From positions 1,152,001-1,216,000 of the forward strand of contig OY761611.1 of the NCBI GenBank assembly GCA_963664875.1: a DNA stretch of 64,000 bases, in the 5' to 3' direction. Positions 30,763-40,963 of this stretch are shown one piece after another; the stretch's first letter is position 1; each line of letters opens with the position of its first letter. The position numbers were made by a program, and so were the translations under genes. The notes below the pieces were generated by a model. The model did not search any database and was not told where the DNA came from. It saw only the letters and a list, made by a program, of their open reading frames with translations. The DNA is from Candidatus Kapaibacterium sp. (GTDB lineage: Bacteria; Bacteroidota; Ignavibacteria; Kapaibacteriales; UBA2268).

Positions 30763-32505
30763 TTATAAAATAAGTATTTCAACTCTTCTATTCATTGCCT
30801 TTTGCTCTTCATCTGTACCTGTATATTTAGGTTTGGATTCGCCAAAACCCTGTACTTTTACTCTGTTTTCATCTACACCCTTAGAATTAAGGTAGCTTTT
30901 TACTGAAGAAGCTCTGCTCAGAGAAAGTTTATCGTTGAATTGTGCTGTTCCTGAATCATCTGTGTGCCCCTCAACTAAAATATTTACTTCTTGATTCTTT
31001 TTAAGCATAGTAACAATCCTGTCTAACTCAAGAAAACTTTCGGGGCTAAGTTTATCTGAAGCAAATTCAAAAGAGATATTTCCAAGTTCTGTGCGGGAAC
31101 CTTTTTTGATAGGCTGTAACTCAGCATTTATTTCTTTGATTTCATAAACACCTTCTTGAGGTATTTCTAATTTCTTTGATTGGACTAAGTAACCTTCACT
31201 TTCTATACTAATGCCGTAATCCTTGCCTCTTATCAGGGATGCCATATATTTACCATCGTTAGGGTTAGTTTCAACAGTTACTACATTTTTGTTATCAGTA
31301 AGATTGTCGATTATAACGTTTGCTTTCAGAGGTTTTTGAGTTATAGGGTCTATACATGTACCTTTTACAATGACAACGTCTTCTTGGCGAACTTGATCAT
31401 TGTCAGGAATTATTGCTTCATAAATTTTGCTCTGACCGTCTCTGTTAGAAAAGAAATAAGCTTTCTTTCCTGACGGCATTATTTTAAATCCGGCAGAAAA
31501 TGTAGAGTCAGTATTGATGGGCTCGGGGAGTTTTGTAATGTTAATCCAACTATCTCCCTCTTTTTCTGCCATATAAATAAACGAATCTCTATTAAAGTAA
31601 AGTGTTTTCCCATCCGAAGCTATAAATGGTAGCGATTCATTTTTTGCTGTATTTATTTCAATTGGTAGCGGTTCAATCTCAATCCAATTTCCGTCTTTGT
31701 CTATCTTGCAGGAATATAAATCATTCCCCCCTTTACCACACATACCATATTCATCATCTTTACCAAAATCTTCGCTGAATATTATGCTTTTTCCATCCGG
31801 GAAGATTGTAAAATCGCAATTCCTATATCTCCAAAAAGACTCAGGAATCCCTTTCTGTTCGTAATGTTTTATTTGGACATAATGCAGCTCGTTGTAATAG
31901 ATTTTTTCTGTTTTTTCATTTACTTGGAAAGAATACCCGTAATTTTTTACGAGATTCTTCATTGTCTGCTTTTTAATATCATCCCAGTTATCTTCGACCA
32001 TATCTTGCTTTTCTTCATTTCTATCCTCGTACCATTCTCTGATTTCTCCATCTACAAGTTGAGGTTGTTCAAACTTGTCTCCATTTGCACGAGCTTTCCA
32101 GACAATGGTATCCTTTTGGCCGAGAGAAACAAAATACAGGAATTCGCCGTTAGGTGTGAAATTAGGATTCCCCTGATCCTGAGAATTATTGAAAGATTCT
32201 CCCATATTATACGACTCAGACCAAGTACCATCTGTCATTTTTTTTCTATAAAAAACATCACAATCGTATCTATTTTCAAAGAGATTAAACTTTCTCCAAG
32301 AATGATTAGTCTTTTTGCAAGAGCTGAAATACATGAACTCCTCATCTAATGAAAATACAGGAGCGAAATCTGATGCATCACTATCCGGCAAAACAAAAGG
32401 TCTGACGATAATTTGTTCTTGAGCTATCATAGGAAAAACGGCAAATAGGCTTAGAATTAGAATAGTAAGAATATCTCTTTTCACACTATCTCCAATAGAT
32501 TTCAA
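30763..32505 (-). CDS. PD40 repeat plus OmpA-like peptidoglycan-binding protein (PorE-like architecture)
   Basis: PD40 repeats 'PFIASDGKTLYF', carboxypeptidase-like domain, 'EGHTD...LSLSRA...NRRVE'. Confidence 0.87.
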   Translation of the reverse strand: MKSIGDSVKRDILTILILSLFAVFPMIAQEQIIVRPFVLPDSDASDFAPVFSLDEEFMYFSSCKKTNHSWRKFNLFENRYDCDVFYRKKMTDGTWSESYNMGESFNNSQDQGNPNFTPNGEFLYFVSLGQKDTIVWKARANGDKFEQPQLVDGEIREWYEDRNEEKQDMVEDNWDDIKKQTMKNLVKNYGYSFQVNEKTEKIYYNELHYVQIKHYEQKGIPESFWRYRNCDFTIFPDGKSIIFSEDFGKDDEYGMCGKGGNDLYSCKIDKDGNWIEIEPLPIEINTAKNESLPFIASDGKTLYFNRDSFIYMAEKEGDSWINITKLPEPINTDSTFSAGFKIMPSGKKAYFFSNRDGQSKIYEAIIPDNDQVRQEDVVIVKGTCIDPITQKPLKANVIIDNLTDNKNVVTVETNPNDGKYMASLIRGKDYGISIESEGYLVQSKKLEIPQEGVYEIKEINAELQPIKKGSRTELGNISFEFASDKLSPESFLELDRIVTMLKKNQEVNILVEGHTDDSGTAQFNDKLSLSRASSVKSYLNSKGVDENRVKVQGFGESKPKYTGTDEEQKAMNRRVEILIL

Positions 32506-32850
32506 TGTGACAACTTATACAAAACTTTATAAATAAGTAGTATTTCAGAAAACAACATTAAATTTATAAATCAATCAGCTTTTCAATATACAATATTTTA
32601 AAGTTGTTACAAAGTATTAATATCATAACCCAAAGCAGATAAGTGAAAAAAGATGTACTTAACAAAAGAGTGTGGTGAATGCTATATTTTAGAATAGATA
32701 AAACATATAAATATTCTGCTCAATAAAGCATACTGCTAAAAAAACTGTAGAAATTCTAAACAACAAAATCATTTTTGCGTTTGCTTGCTATTGAGTATTT
32801 TTGTAGATACACAGATTATATATTTCCATACCTTTTTTGGAGACAAAAAA

Positions 32851-33882
32851 ATGGCAGAAAAAAGTTTTTACCTAAACAAAGACTCCATGGTAGAGCATTT
32901 CGACATCAAAAAACATGATGTAACTGAAATGGTTGATGCTATGGGTAAGATGGCATTTTCAGCTCGCGATTTGAGCCGCGCTGCTAATATCTTTAACATG
33001 ATGTTAGAAGATAAAGGATGTACTACTTATCTTACTTTAGCAGGCTCTCTGATTAGTGCCGGCTTGCGTAAAGTCATTGTTGATATGGTAGAAAACAATA
33101 TGATCGATGCCATAGTATCTACCGGTGCTAATATTGTCGATCAGGACTTTTTCGAAGCCCTTGGCTTCCGCCACTATCAAGGTACAAAATTCGTAGATGA
33201 TAATGAATTACGCGACTTGATGATAGATAGAATTTACGATACATACATCGACGAAGACGAATTGAGAGTTTGCGATATGACTATAGCAGAAATTGCTAAC
33301 TCATTAGAAGCTCGCCCTTACTCTTCTCGCGAATTTATCCGCGAAATGGGAAGATATCTTGTAGAAAACAACAAAGGTGAAGGTTCTATCGTTCGCACTT
33401 GCTACGAAAAAGGTATTCCAATTTTTGTTCCTGCATTTTCTGACTGCTCAGCCGGTTTTGGTTTGGTTCACCACCAATTCCACGCAAAAGATGGTAAAAT
33501 GCTTACTATCGACTCTGCAAAAGACTTTTTGGAAATCACTAAAACTAAAATCGAAGCAGGCGGAAGCGGCATTTATATGATTGGCGGCGGTGTTCCTAAA
33601 AACTTTGTTCAGGACATCGTAGTAGCAGCAGAAGTATTGGAAATAGATGCAGAAATGCACAAATACGCTGTTCAAATCACAGTTGCCGACGAAAGAGACG
33701 GCGCTTTGTCAGGTTCTACTTTGAAAGAAGCTTCTTCTTGGGGTAAAGTAGAAACTACTTACGAACAAATGGTTTACAGCGAAGCAACTCTTGCTATGCC
33801 TCTTATTTCAGGTTACGCATACCACAAAGGCGCATGGAAAAACCGCCCTGAAAGAAGATGGAACGATTTCTTAGATAAATAA
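32851..33882 (+). CDS. Deoxyhypusine synthase-like protein (SpeY/homospermidine-type polyamine synthesis)
   Basis: 'VSTGAN', 'IDRIYD', 'GGGVPKNF', 'DGALSGSTLKEASSWGK' including the catalytic Lys. Start moved to the ATG after GGAG. Confidence 0.88.
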   Translation: MAEKSFYLNKDSMVEHFDIKKHDVTEMVDAMGKMAFSARDLSRAANIFNMMLEDKGCTTYLTLAGSLISAGLRKVIVDMVENNMIDAIVSTGANIVDQDFFEALGFRHYQGTKFVDDNELRDLMIDRIYDTYIDEDELRVCDMTIAEIANSLEARPYSSREFIREMGRYLVENNKGEGSIVRTCYEKGIPIFVPAFSDCSAGFGLVHHQFHAKDGKMLTIDSAKDFLEITKTKIEAGGSGIYMIGGGVPKNFVQDIVVAAEVLEIDAEMHKYAVQITVADERDGALSGSTLKEASSWGKVETTYEQMVYSEATLAMPLISGYAYHKGAWKNRPERRWNDFLDK

Positions 33883-33903
33883 GCAAAATCAGGATAATAT
33901 ATC

Positions 33904-33942
33904 AAAACGCCCTCTGATACTTGAGATTAGAGGGCGTTTTTT
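33904..33942. terminator. Bidirectional terminator between the DHS-like gene and argD
   Basis: aaaacgccctctgat...attagagggcgttttt. Confidence 0.8.
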
Positions 33943-33982
33943 GTATGTTATTTTATAAGCTAAGAGTATCTGGTCAGAATGT

Positions 33983-35149
33983 TTACATCTCATTCAAAGC
34001 ATTATCTAAAACTTCTATAAAATGAGTGATTTCTTCGTAGCTGATGATTAATGGCGGAACAAGCCTTAAAACTGTACCGGATGCCGCATTTGCGACAACT
34101 CGTTTCTGCACAAGTTTTTCAACGAGTAATGCTGCATCAAAATTTAGAGCCAAGCCTCGCATCAAACCAATTCCTCTCACTTCAGTAACTTTATCTTTAT
34201 ATTTATCTCTGATATTTAGGAGTTTCTTTTCCAAAAAGTTGCCAACTTTTTGGACATGATCCATCACTCCGTTTTCCAATTCCTTCAAAACTGCAAGCCC
34301 TGTAGCACAAGCAACAGCGTTTCCTCCGTAAGTAGTGCCATGCTGACCTTTGTTCCAAATGCCTGCTAAGAACTCTTTGGCAGCTATGCCACCAAGAGGC
34401 AATCCGCCACCAATACCTTTAGCCATAGTTGCAAGGTCGGGTTCGATGTCAAAGTGTTCAAATCCAAAAAGTTTACCTGTCCTGCCGATACCAGCCTGTA
34501 TTTCATCAGCAACAAGCAAAAATCCATACTTTTCTTTGAGCTCTTTAATTTTTGAAACAAATGCATTTGACGGAACTGATAGTCCACCTTCGCCTTGCAC
34601 AAACTCAAGAAAAACGGCAGCAGTTTTTTCGTTTATAGTAGCTTCGAGCGTTTTTACATCATTATGTGGAATAACTAAGGTATCATCTAAAAAAGGTCCC
34701 ATATCTTCTTTGTAAGCGGGTTTATCCATGATAGACAATGCTCCGTAGGTACGCCCGTGAAAGCCACCTGAAAAAGCTACAAGAGTAGATTTCCCGTTTT
34801 GTTTTCCCCATTTTCTTACGAGCTTTATAGCTCCTTCCATAGCTTCAGTGCCGGAATTAGAGAAGAAAATTCTATCAAAACAGCTCATTTCTACTATTTT
34901 TTCGGCAAGTTCTACCTGTGGCGCCTGATAGAAGTAATTTGAGATGTGCATATATTTATCAATCTGATCTTTGGCAGCAGCTATAATTGCGGGATGCCCA
35001 TGTCCCAAAGCATTAACAGCTATCCCGCCCAGCATATCAAGGTAGGAGTTGCCGTTGATATCAAAAATTCTACAACCTTTTGCGTGACTTACCTCAATTG
35101 GATAGCGTTTATAAGTCTGAAAAATAACTTTTGACTCTCTTGTTTTCAT
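33983..35149 (-). CDS. argD: Acetylornithine aminotransferase (class III PLP)
   Basis: 'NSGTEAMEGA', 'FHGRT', 'DEIQAGIGRTG', 'AKGIGGGLP', 'HGTTYGGN'. Confidence 0.88.
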   Translation of the reverse strand: MKTRESKVIFQTYKRYPIEVSHAKGCRIFDINGNSYLDMLGGIAVNALGHGHPAIIAAAKDQIDKYMHISNYFYQAPQVELAEKIVEMSCFDRIFFSNSGTEAMEGAIKLVRKWGKQNGKSTLVAFSGGFHGRTYGALSIMDKPAYKEDMGPFLDDTLVIPHNDVKTLEATINEKTAAVFLEFVQGEGGLSVPSNAFVSKIKELKEKYGFLLVADEIQAGIGRTGKLFGFEHFDIEPDLATMAKGIGGGLPLGGIAAKEFLAGIWNKGQHGTTYGGNAVACATGLAVLKELENGVMDHVQKVGNFLEKKLLNIRDKYKDKVTEVRGIGLMRGLALNFDAALLVEKLVQKRVVANAASGTVLRLVPPLIISYEEITHFIEVLDNALNEM

Positions 35150-35455
35150 AACATAAACCTGATTATTCTATATTGTTTTCCAAGAATATTACTAAGATTA
35201 TATCTACAATCTCTATAAAAATTACAGAAAATGAAGACACATAATATAAAAAAAATGTAGAAAACCTAAAGGAGAAATTTATCAGTACAGTGACAAGAAT
35301 TTTGAAGATACAGAATTACAAACCTAATTTCATCTATGAAATGCTAAAGTACAGTCTGGCGAACAATAAATCTTTACATTCGCTATTGCATTGCCCAAAT
35401 AAAAAGGCTCCATGATGATGAAGCCTTACACAAATATGTTTTATGTCTGATGTAA

Positions 35456-35698
35456 CTAATAATCGATGCCTGCTGCCATTACATTCGCCGGGTCGAATGC
35501 GTGGCAGGGAGTTACTCCATATACCATATTACACTCCGGACACTTTCCTTCAAATTGTTCCATAACAAAATCATTGTCGCAAGAAGTACATTTTATGTTA
35601 AAAGCCATAGGCATCCATTGAGAATTAAAACCCATTGCTCTAATTTTATCAACTACCTGCTTACCTGATTCGAAACTGCCTTTGCAACCATCATGCAT
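35456..35698 (-). CDS. Small Cys/His-rich (zinc-ribbon-like) protein
   Basis: MHDGC..., CTSC, CPEC, PCH. Start overlaps the stop of the upstream ATPase. Confidence 0.8.
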   Translation of the reverse strand: MHDGCKGSFESGKQVVDKIRAMGFNSQWMPMAFNIKCTSCDNDFVMEQFEGKCPECNMVYGVTPCHAFDPANVMAAGIDY

Positions 35699-36719
35699 TT
35701 GTAAATTCCTTCTGAATATTTATATTACTGATTTTTTCGCCTATTCTGATGCTGTGTCTTAGATTTTGCACTATTTTATCTAATTTTTCGAGATTTTCGA
35801 GCATACTTCTCTCTTCTTCATCAGTGTGGATTACCTTAGCAACACCGCCATTTTTGATAACTAATCTCTGGTCTCCCATGAGTGCGAGCACAGGATCATG
35901 AGTAGCCATTAAAACAATTTTTTCAGCACTTACAAGTATTTGCAAAGCTTTTTTTCTGTCAATACCTGCATTTTCGATTTCATCAATCAGAACTATAGGA
36001 GATTTGCTTAGATATGCAGTATCAGCTATCATCAAGGCACGGGACTGCCCACCGCTAAGACTTGTGATATGAGTGCTACCGCTAAAACTTTCGCCTGCCA
36101 AATCATTTGCTTTTTCTATGATTTTTTCGACTATTGCATCTTTGTTTTCTATCATTCTACTTTCTGCGTGCATATCAACAAACTCGCGAACAGTAAGATC
36201 CATAACAAAATTCATATTTTGCGAAAGCTGAGCAACCATCTTTTTGCTTCCTGAAAAGCGCTGCTGTCTATCAGGTACTTCCCCATTTATCAGAATTTTT
36301 CTTTTAGTAGGCGTATCTTCCTGAGCCATCCACTCTATATCTGCAAGCAGTCTGCTTTTCCCGGAACCGGTCGGCCCAACTATACAGATTATTTCTCCTG
36401 CTTTGATAGTAATGGAATCAAATTGCTCTTTTTCGCCGGATTTGTTATTGCCGGCAATGATTGTAATAGATTTTGTTTCACTATCAGATTCGCCAAGGAA
36501 ACTTAGCATTTGCTCAATATATTGCTCTAAAGCCTTGTAGAATGTTTGCGGTTCGAATCCGTTTTCTTCGATAAAATCTTCATCTAAGGACTCTATAAAT
36601 TCTTTTACAGATGACTCGTGATTACTGAAGTCAGGTAAGTTATAAGTCTTAAAAAACTCAATAAGAAACGGATATTTTTCAATCAAAATTCCAAAAGACA
36701 TATTTTTATAGTTTAGCAT
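35691..36719 (-). CDS. ABC-type ATPase with N-terminal DUF1858-like extension
   Basis: GPTGSGKS, LSGGQ, LIDEIE, ATHD. N-terminal 'ILIEKYPFLIEFF'. Confidence 0.85.
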   Translation of the reverse strand: MLNYKNMSFGILIEKYPFLIEFFKTYNLPDFSNHESSVKEFIESLDEDFIEENGFEPQTFYKALEQYIEQMLSFLGESDSETKSITIIAGNNKSGEKEQFDSITIKAGEIICIVGPTGSGKSRLLADIEWMAQEDTPTKRKILINGEVPDRQQRFSGSKKMVAQLSQNMNFVMDLTVREFVDMHAESRMIENKDAIVEKIIEKANDLAGESFSGSTHITSLSGGQSRALMIADTAYLSKSPIVLIDEIENAGIDRKKALQILVSAEKIVLMATHDPVLALMGDQRLVIKNGGVAKVIHTDEEERSMLENLEKLDKIVQNLRHSIRIGEKISNINIQKEFTNA

Positions 36720-36724
36720 ATTCT

Positions 36725-37414
36725 TTAGTCCAAGTTTATTTTTTTAACATTGCCCATCTGATAGCTGTCACCTATGCGTGTTTCTCCTAAGCAATAAGAA
36801 CAAAGTGCAGATGGCATTGGGTATTTCAATTCTTTGCCCTTGAGAGTATCGATATGATTTGTCTCATCGTAGAGCAAAGTAGAAAGCTCGAAGGCTCCCT
36901 GTCCGGTTAGTCCGTTAATATGCATTATTGCAGCCTTAGGATTGACAATATTAACCTTAGAAGCAAACACTTCACGCTCTGCCTGAGAAACAATATCCCC
37001 TTTGGTAATGACACATATATCAGCCATTTTCAGCATAGGTCCAATCTTTTTGGGTGTATTTATACCACTTAGGTTGTCAATCACACAAACGGCTTTTATA
37101 TCCTTGATATAAGGCGAACATCTGTTGCACAGTCCTGCTGATTCGCTGATAAGAATATCAAATCCATTTTTTAGCCCCCACTGTGTAACTTCTTCGATAT
37201 TAGAAACAAAGTAGTGGTCGGGGCATAGCGAACCTGAGAGCCCTTTTTTCACTTCAATTCCGTTTTTTTCGTATAGCACGTCATCGTCAGTAGTCAAGCA
37301 GTCAAATTTGACAACTCCAACTTTAAGCCCCTTTTGTTTGAGAGCATCTATAGTTTTGATTATGATAGAGGTTTTCCCGGAAGAAGGAGGCCCGGATACT
37401 GTTACTAAGTTCAT
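36725..37414 (-). CDS. G3E-family (HypB/UreG/CobW-like) metal-binding GTPase
   Basis: SGPPSSGKT, KFDC, LCPDH, ESAGLCNRC, TKGD, C-terminal CSYC. Confidence 0.85.
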   Translation of the reverse strand: MNLVTVSGPPSSGKTSIIIKTIDALKQKGLKVGVVKFDCLTTDDDVLYEKNGIEVKKGLSGSLCPDHYFVSNIEEVTQWGLKNGFDILISESAGLCNRCSPYIKDIKAVCVIDNLSGINTPKKIGPMLKMADICVITKGDIVSQAEREVFASKVNIVNPKAAIMHINGLTGQGAFELSTLLYDETNHIDTLKGKELKYPMPSALCSYCLGETRIGDSYQMGNVKKINLD

Positions 37415-37415
37415 C

Positions 37416-38639
37416 TTACATCTCCGCTGCATTAGTAAAAATTGATTCGCATTTTGCTATCAGTTCAGGAATATCCTGAGAATATATATAGTCCCAGCCC
37501 AGCCACATAAATTTATTTTTTTTATCAATTCTATTGTCTATGTTAGGATTTACACTTGGAAATAGTCCCTGATGAGCCAGTACTTCCCCAATTTTTTCGG
37601 AAATAAAGAAATCAACCAGAGCTTGAGTTTTATCCGCACTGCTATCTTTGATTAACATAAAAATAGGACTAATTATAGCTCCATCCTCAGGCCAAACAGC
37701 CATCATAGAGTCACCCTCGCGTACCATTTTAGTGAAGAAATACGGCATTATAGTTACCACAGGTTTTTCAGGCTTTACTTTTCTGCCTTCTTTAATCATT
37801 TGAGAAGGGTGCATTGATTTCATCAAATTTTTCCCTAAGGCTTCGATACCTTCTGTGCCATATTCTTTGTGAATATTAAGAAGTATAGCATTAAACAAGT
37901 CAAAATCGGCAACGGGTAGCGAAATAGATTTTCTGAACTCAGGTTTTAGAATATCTTCCCAAGATTTAGGAATTTCTCGTCCATTCAACTCTGTAGTATT
38001 TACAAGGAATACCGCAGGAACAACGCTTATCATGGAATAATGCTTTTTCGGATCACGCAAATCTATCTCTGCATTAGAAAACATGGAATTCCATTTTTCT
38101 AATTGAGTTGTATCTCTGAATACTCCTGAGTTTTTGTGCCTGCCAAATAATTTGTTATCAAAAAACAAATCAAATCCGGCAGAGATAAATACATCAGCAA
38201 GGTCATCAGCTTCTGCTCCTTTTTTCAGATCATTTTTTAGCCAATCCAATCCCATAGATGCAGCTTTCAAATCAAATTTGATATTCTTTAGCTGATTTGA
38301 TTCAATGAAACTATTGAGCTCCTCAACAAGCGGCAGCCTTACCGGACATGGAAGCAAGCCCGTAACCTGCAATGTTTCACTACCGTCAATTGTTGAAGAT
38401 ACATTATGATCTGATATTGTATCTTTTTCATCAATCGCATCAGTCAACATTTTTGTAAAAGAATCCTGATTGATTTGTTTGAAAATTAGAGCATTGCGAA
38501 GAGTTATCTTTTTCCCGAAATTTTCTAATACAGCTTTATCTGCAAAATTGTTAAAGCCTTGCGAAATAAAGATATCAAGAGTTACAGGATACTTTTCTAT
38601 AATCTCAAATACTGTTTCATCTATGTTGATTTGTGTCAT
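37416..38639 (-). CDS. Solute-binding-protein fold (Fe3+/polyamine SBP-like) with N-terminal DUF1858-like domain and no signal peptide
   Basis: 'PKSWEDIL', 'VWPEDGAIISP'. N-terminus 'INIDETVFEIIEKYP', 'LPCPVRLP'. No hydrophobic leader or lipobox. Confidence 0.8.
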   Translation of the reverse strand: MTQINIDETVFEIIEKYPVTLDIFISQGFNNFADKAVLENFGKKITLRNALIFKQINQDSFTKMLTDAIDEKDTISDHNVSSTIDGSETLQVTGLLPCPVRLPLVEELNSFIESNQLKNIKFDLKAASMGLDWLKNDLKKGAEADDLADVFISAGFDLFFDNKLFGRHKNSGVFRDTTQLEKWNSMFSNAEIDLRDPKKHYSMISVVPAVFLVNTTELNGREIPKSWEDILKPEFRKSISLPVADFDLFNAILLNIHKEYGTEGIEALGKNLMKSMHPSQMIKEGRKVKPEKPVVTIMPYFFTKMVREGDSMMAVWPEDGAIISPIFMLIKDSSADKTQALVDFFISEKIGEVLAHQGLFPSVNPNIDNRIDKKNKFMWLGWDYIYSQDIPELIAKCESIFTNAAEM

Positions 38640-38850
38640 TTGTCATACTCTTAAGATTGGAGTGGAATAATATTTTTATTATCAGACTTATTTGTCCGAA
38701 ATATATTGTAAATATTTATCTTTTCCAAATGAAAAATGATACGTCTTACAAATAGTAACATAAAATGCAAGTGCGGAGCTTTTTAATTTGATATATTAGC
38801 TAAAGACACTATTTTTACATCTTATCATTATAAGCAGAGTTATCAGATAT

Positions 38851-40872
38851 ATGTCAAAAGTCATCCTTATTTTTTTATGTATTTTGTCTGTCTCTTTAGA
38901 GGCAAAAATCCAATGGGCAGATAGTGTAGTCGCTGTTTCAGCATCAACTGTTACAAAAGAAGGAAGTCCTTTTCAGGTGCTTGGCGAACCAAGTATATGC
39001 TCCGATTTTGGCAGAAGTGAATGTGCGTGGAGCATTCCGGCAAAGACCCTGAACAAGTCATTGCATTGGATTGTGGTCTCTTTTGACACTGCCATTTATG
39101 TGAAAACAATATTTGTGCATGAAAATTTTTTCCCGGGAGCTATTTCCAAAATAGAATTATTGGATGCAACTATGAGGAGAGCCGACATAGCTTACCAAAA
39201 CGGTAACCCGGTACCGCTGAGCGAAAAAGGACAGATATTTAAACAATCAGTAACATACTCTAACTTCCCTGTCAAATTTCTAAAACTATATGTCAATAAT
39301 TATAATTTCTCGAGTTACCAAGCCGGACAGATTGATGCCATCGGCATATCAGCAGAAGACGAGGACTACTATGTAGATATAAATTTGCCCAAGGATTTGA
39401 ACTTCCCGGAATATCCTCAGAATTTAGGAGAAGCTGTGAACTCACCGTATTCGGAGGTTACGGTTGTGATTGCACCTGATGGCAAGACACTTTACTTTTC
39501 CCGAAAGGCTCATCCGCAGAATATTGAGGGAGATAAGGCAATGAGCTCTCAGGATATCTGGTATTCTGAAATTGACAGTGTTGGGCATTTTTTACCTGCA
39601 AAAAATATTGGAAGTCCACTTAATAACTCAGAACCAAACTTCCCCATTTCTTCAGGAACTGACGGCAAAAGCCTTATCGTTGCAAATAAATACCAAGAAG
39701 ACGGCACAGTATCCACCGGCTTTTCCAAATCATATTATGACGGAAAGCAGTGGTCTTTTCCTGAGTCATTTTCTGTTACAAATTACTATAATTTAGATAA
39801 GCGAGGCTCTTATTCTATGGGAGCTGACGGAAAAACGTTTATCCTTAGTATAAAAAGAGAAGACTCATTTGGAAATAAGGATTTATATGTTTGCTTTTTA
39901 GATGACGATGGCGTTTGGTCAGAACCAATGAACCTCGGTGAGCTTATAAATACTGCCGCTGAAGAAGATACTCCGTTTTTGGCTTCGGATAATGAAACTC
40001 TTTATTTTGCTTCAGAAGGTCATCCCGGGTATGGAATGAATGATATTTTTGTTACCCGACGATTAGATGATACTTGGAAAAACTGGAGTAAACCTGTCAA
40101 TCTTGGTCCGGTAATAAATACTGCAGGATGGGACAGTTATTTTACAATACCTGCCTCCGGTGATTATGCATACTTTGTATCATCTTACCAATCCTTGGGC
40201 AAAGAAGATATTTTAAAAGTAAAACTACCTGAAGTATTAAAACCAAAGACAGTTACTCTCGTATCGGGTAAAGTAATAGACGCAAAGAGCCGCAAACCAA
40301 TCGCTGCAAAAATTGTCTATCAGGAATTGCCAAGCGGCAAAGAACTTGGAGAAACAAGAGCGGCTACTTCGAGTGGAGAGTATAAAATTGTCTTGCCGAA
40401 GGGAAAAAAATATGCTTTTTTGGCAGAGGCTCAGGGCTATATAGCCATAAATCAATTTATTGATTTGAGAGATGCCTCAGAATATACAGAAATAGAAAGA
40501 AATTTAGAATTGGTGCCCATTGAGAAAGGTCAGACAATCAGAATGAATAACATATTTTTTGAAACTGCAAAATTTGAGCTATTGGAAGATTCATTTGTTG
40601 AGTTAGACAGAGTAGTAGAGATATTGACAGCAAATGCTAAACTAAAAATAGTAATCGAAGGACATACAGATAACGTTGGAGATGACAGTTCTAATCTGTT
40701 ACTTTCCAAAGAGCGAGCAACAGCAGTTTTCAATTATTTAGTAAGCAAAGGTATAGACAAACTACGTTTAAGTGTCAAAGGCTTAGGAGAAAAAGTACCT
40801 GTGGCAGATAATAATACCGAAGAAGGAAAGCAAAAGAACCGTAGAGTACAATTTAAGATTTTGGGACTTTAG
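38851..40872 (+). CDS. PD40 repeat plus OmpA-like protein
   Basis: Signal peptide, 'APDGKTLYFSR', 'PFLASDNETLYFAS', 'EGHTDNVG...LSKERA...NRRVQF'. Confidence 0.88.
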   Translation: MSKVILIFLCILSVSLEAKIQWADSVVAVSASTVTKEGSPFQVLGEPSICSDFGRSECAWSIPAKTLNKSLHWIVVSFDTAIYVKTIFVHENFFPGAISKIELLDATMRRADIAYQNGNPVPLSEKGQIFKQSVTYSNFPVKFLKLYVNNYNFSSYQAGQIDAIGISAEDEDYYVDINLPKDLNFPEYPQNLGEAVNSPYSEVTVVIAPDGKTLYFSRKAHPQNIEGDKAMSSQDIWYSEIDSVGHFLPAKNIGSPLNNSEPNFPISSGTDGKSLIVANKYQEDGTVSTGFSKSYYDGKQWSFPESFSVTNYYNLDKRGSYSMGADGKTFILSIKREDSFGNKDLYVCFLDDDGVWSEPMNLGELINTAAEEDTPFLASDNETLYFASEGHPGYGMNDIFVTRRLDDTWKNWSKPVNLGPVINTAGWDSYFTIPASGDYAYFVSSYQSLGKEDILKVKLPEVLKPKTVTLVSGKVIDAKSRKPIAAKIVYQELPSGKELGETRAATSSGEYKIVLPKGKKYAFLAEAQGYIAINQFIDLRDASEYTEIERNLELVPIEKGQTIRMNNIFFETAKFELLEDSFVELDRVVEILTANAKLKIVIEGHTDNVGDDSSNLLLSKERATAVFNYLVSKGIDKLRLSVKGLGEKVPVADNNTEEGKQKNRRVQFKILGL

Positions 40873-40913
40873 TTTTTTTGAGTAAGAATTATAAGTAAGC
40901 CTATTTTTAACAT

Positions 40914-40945
40914 AAAAGCCGAAAGCAGAACTGCTTCCGGCTTTT
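40914..40945. terminator. Bidirectional terminator between the OmpA gene and nuoF
   Basis: aaaagccgaaagcag-aa-ctgcttccggctttt. Confidence 0.75.
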
Positions 40946-40963
40946 GTATTATAGATTTCGGAG

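Noticed and set aside
38735-38762. Crp/HcpR-like site upstream of the SBP-GTPase operon
   Set aside because: Only a half-site (cttaca) matches and there is no convincing palindrome.
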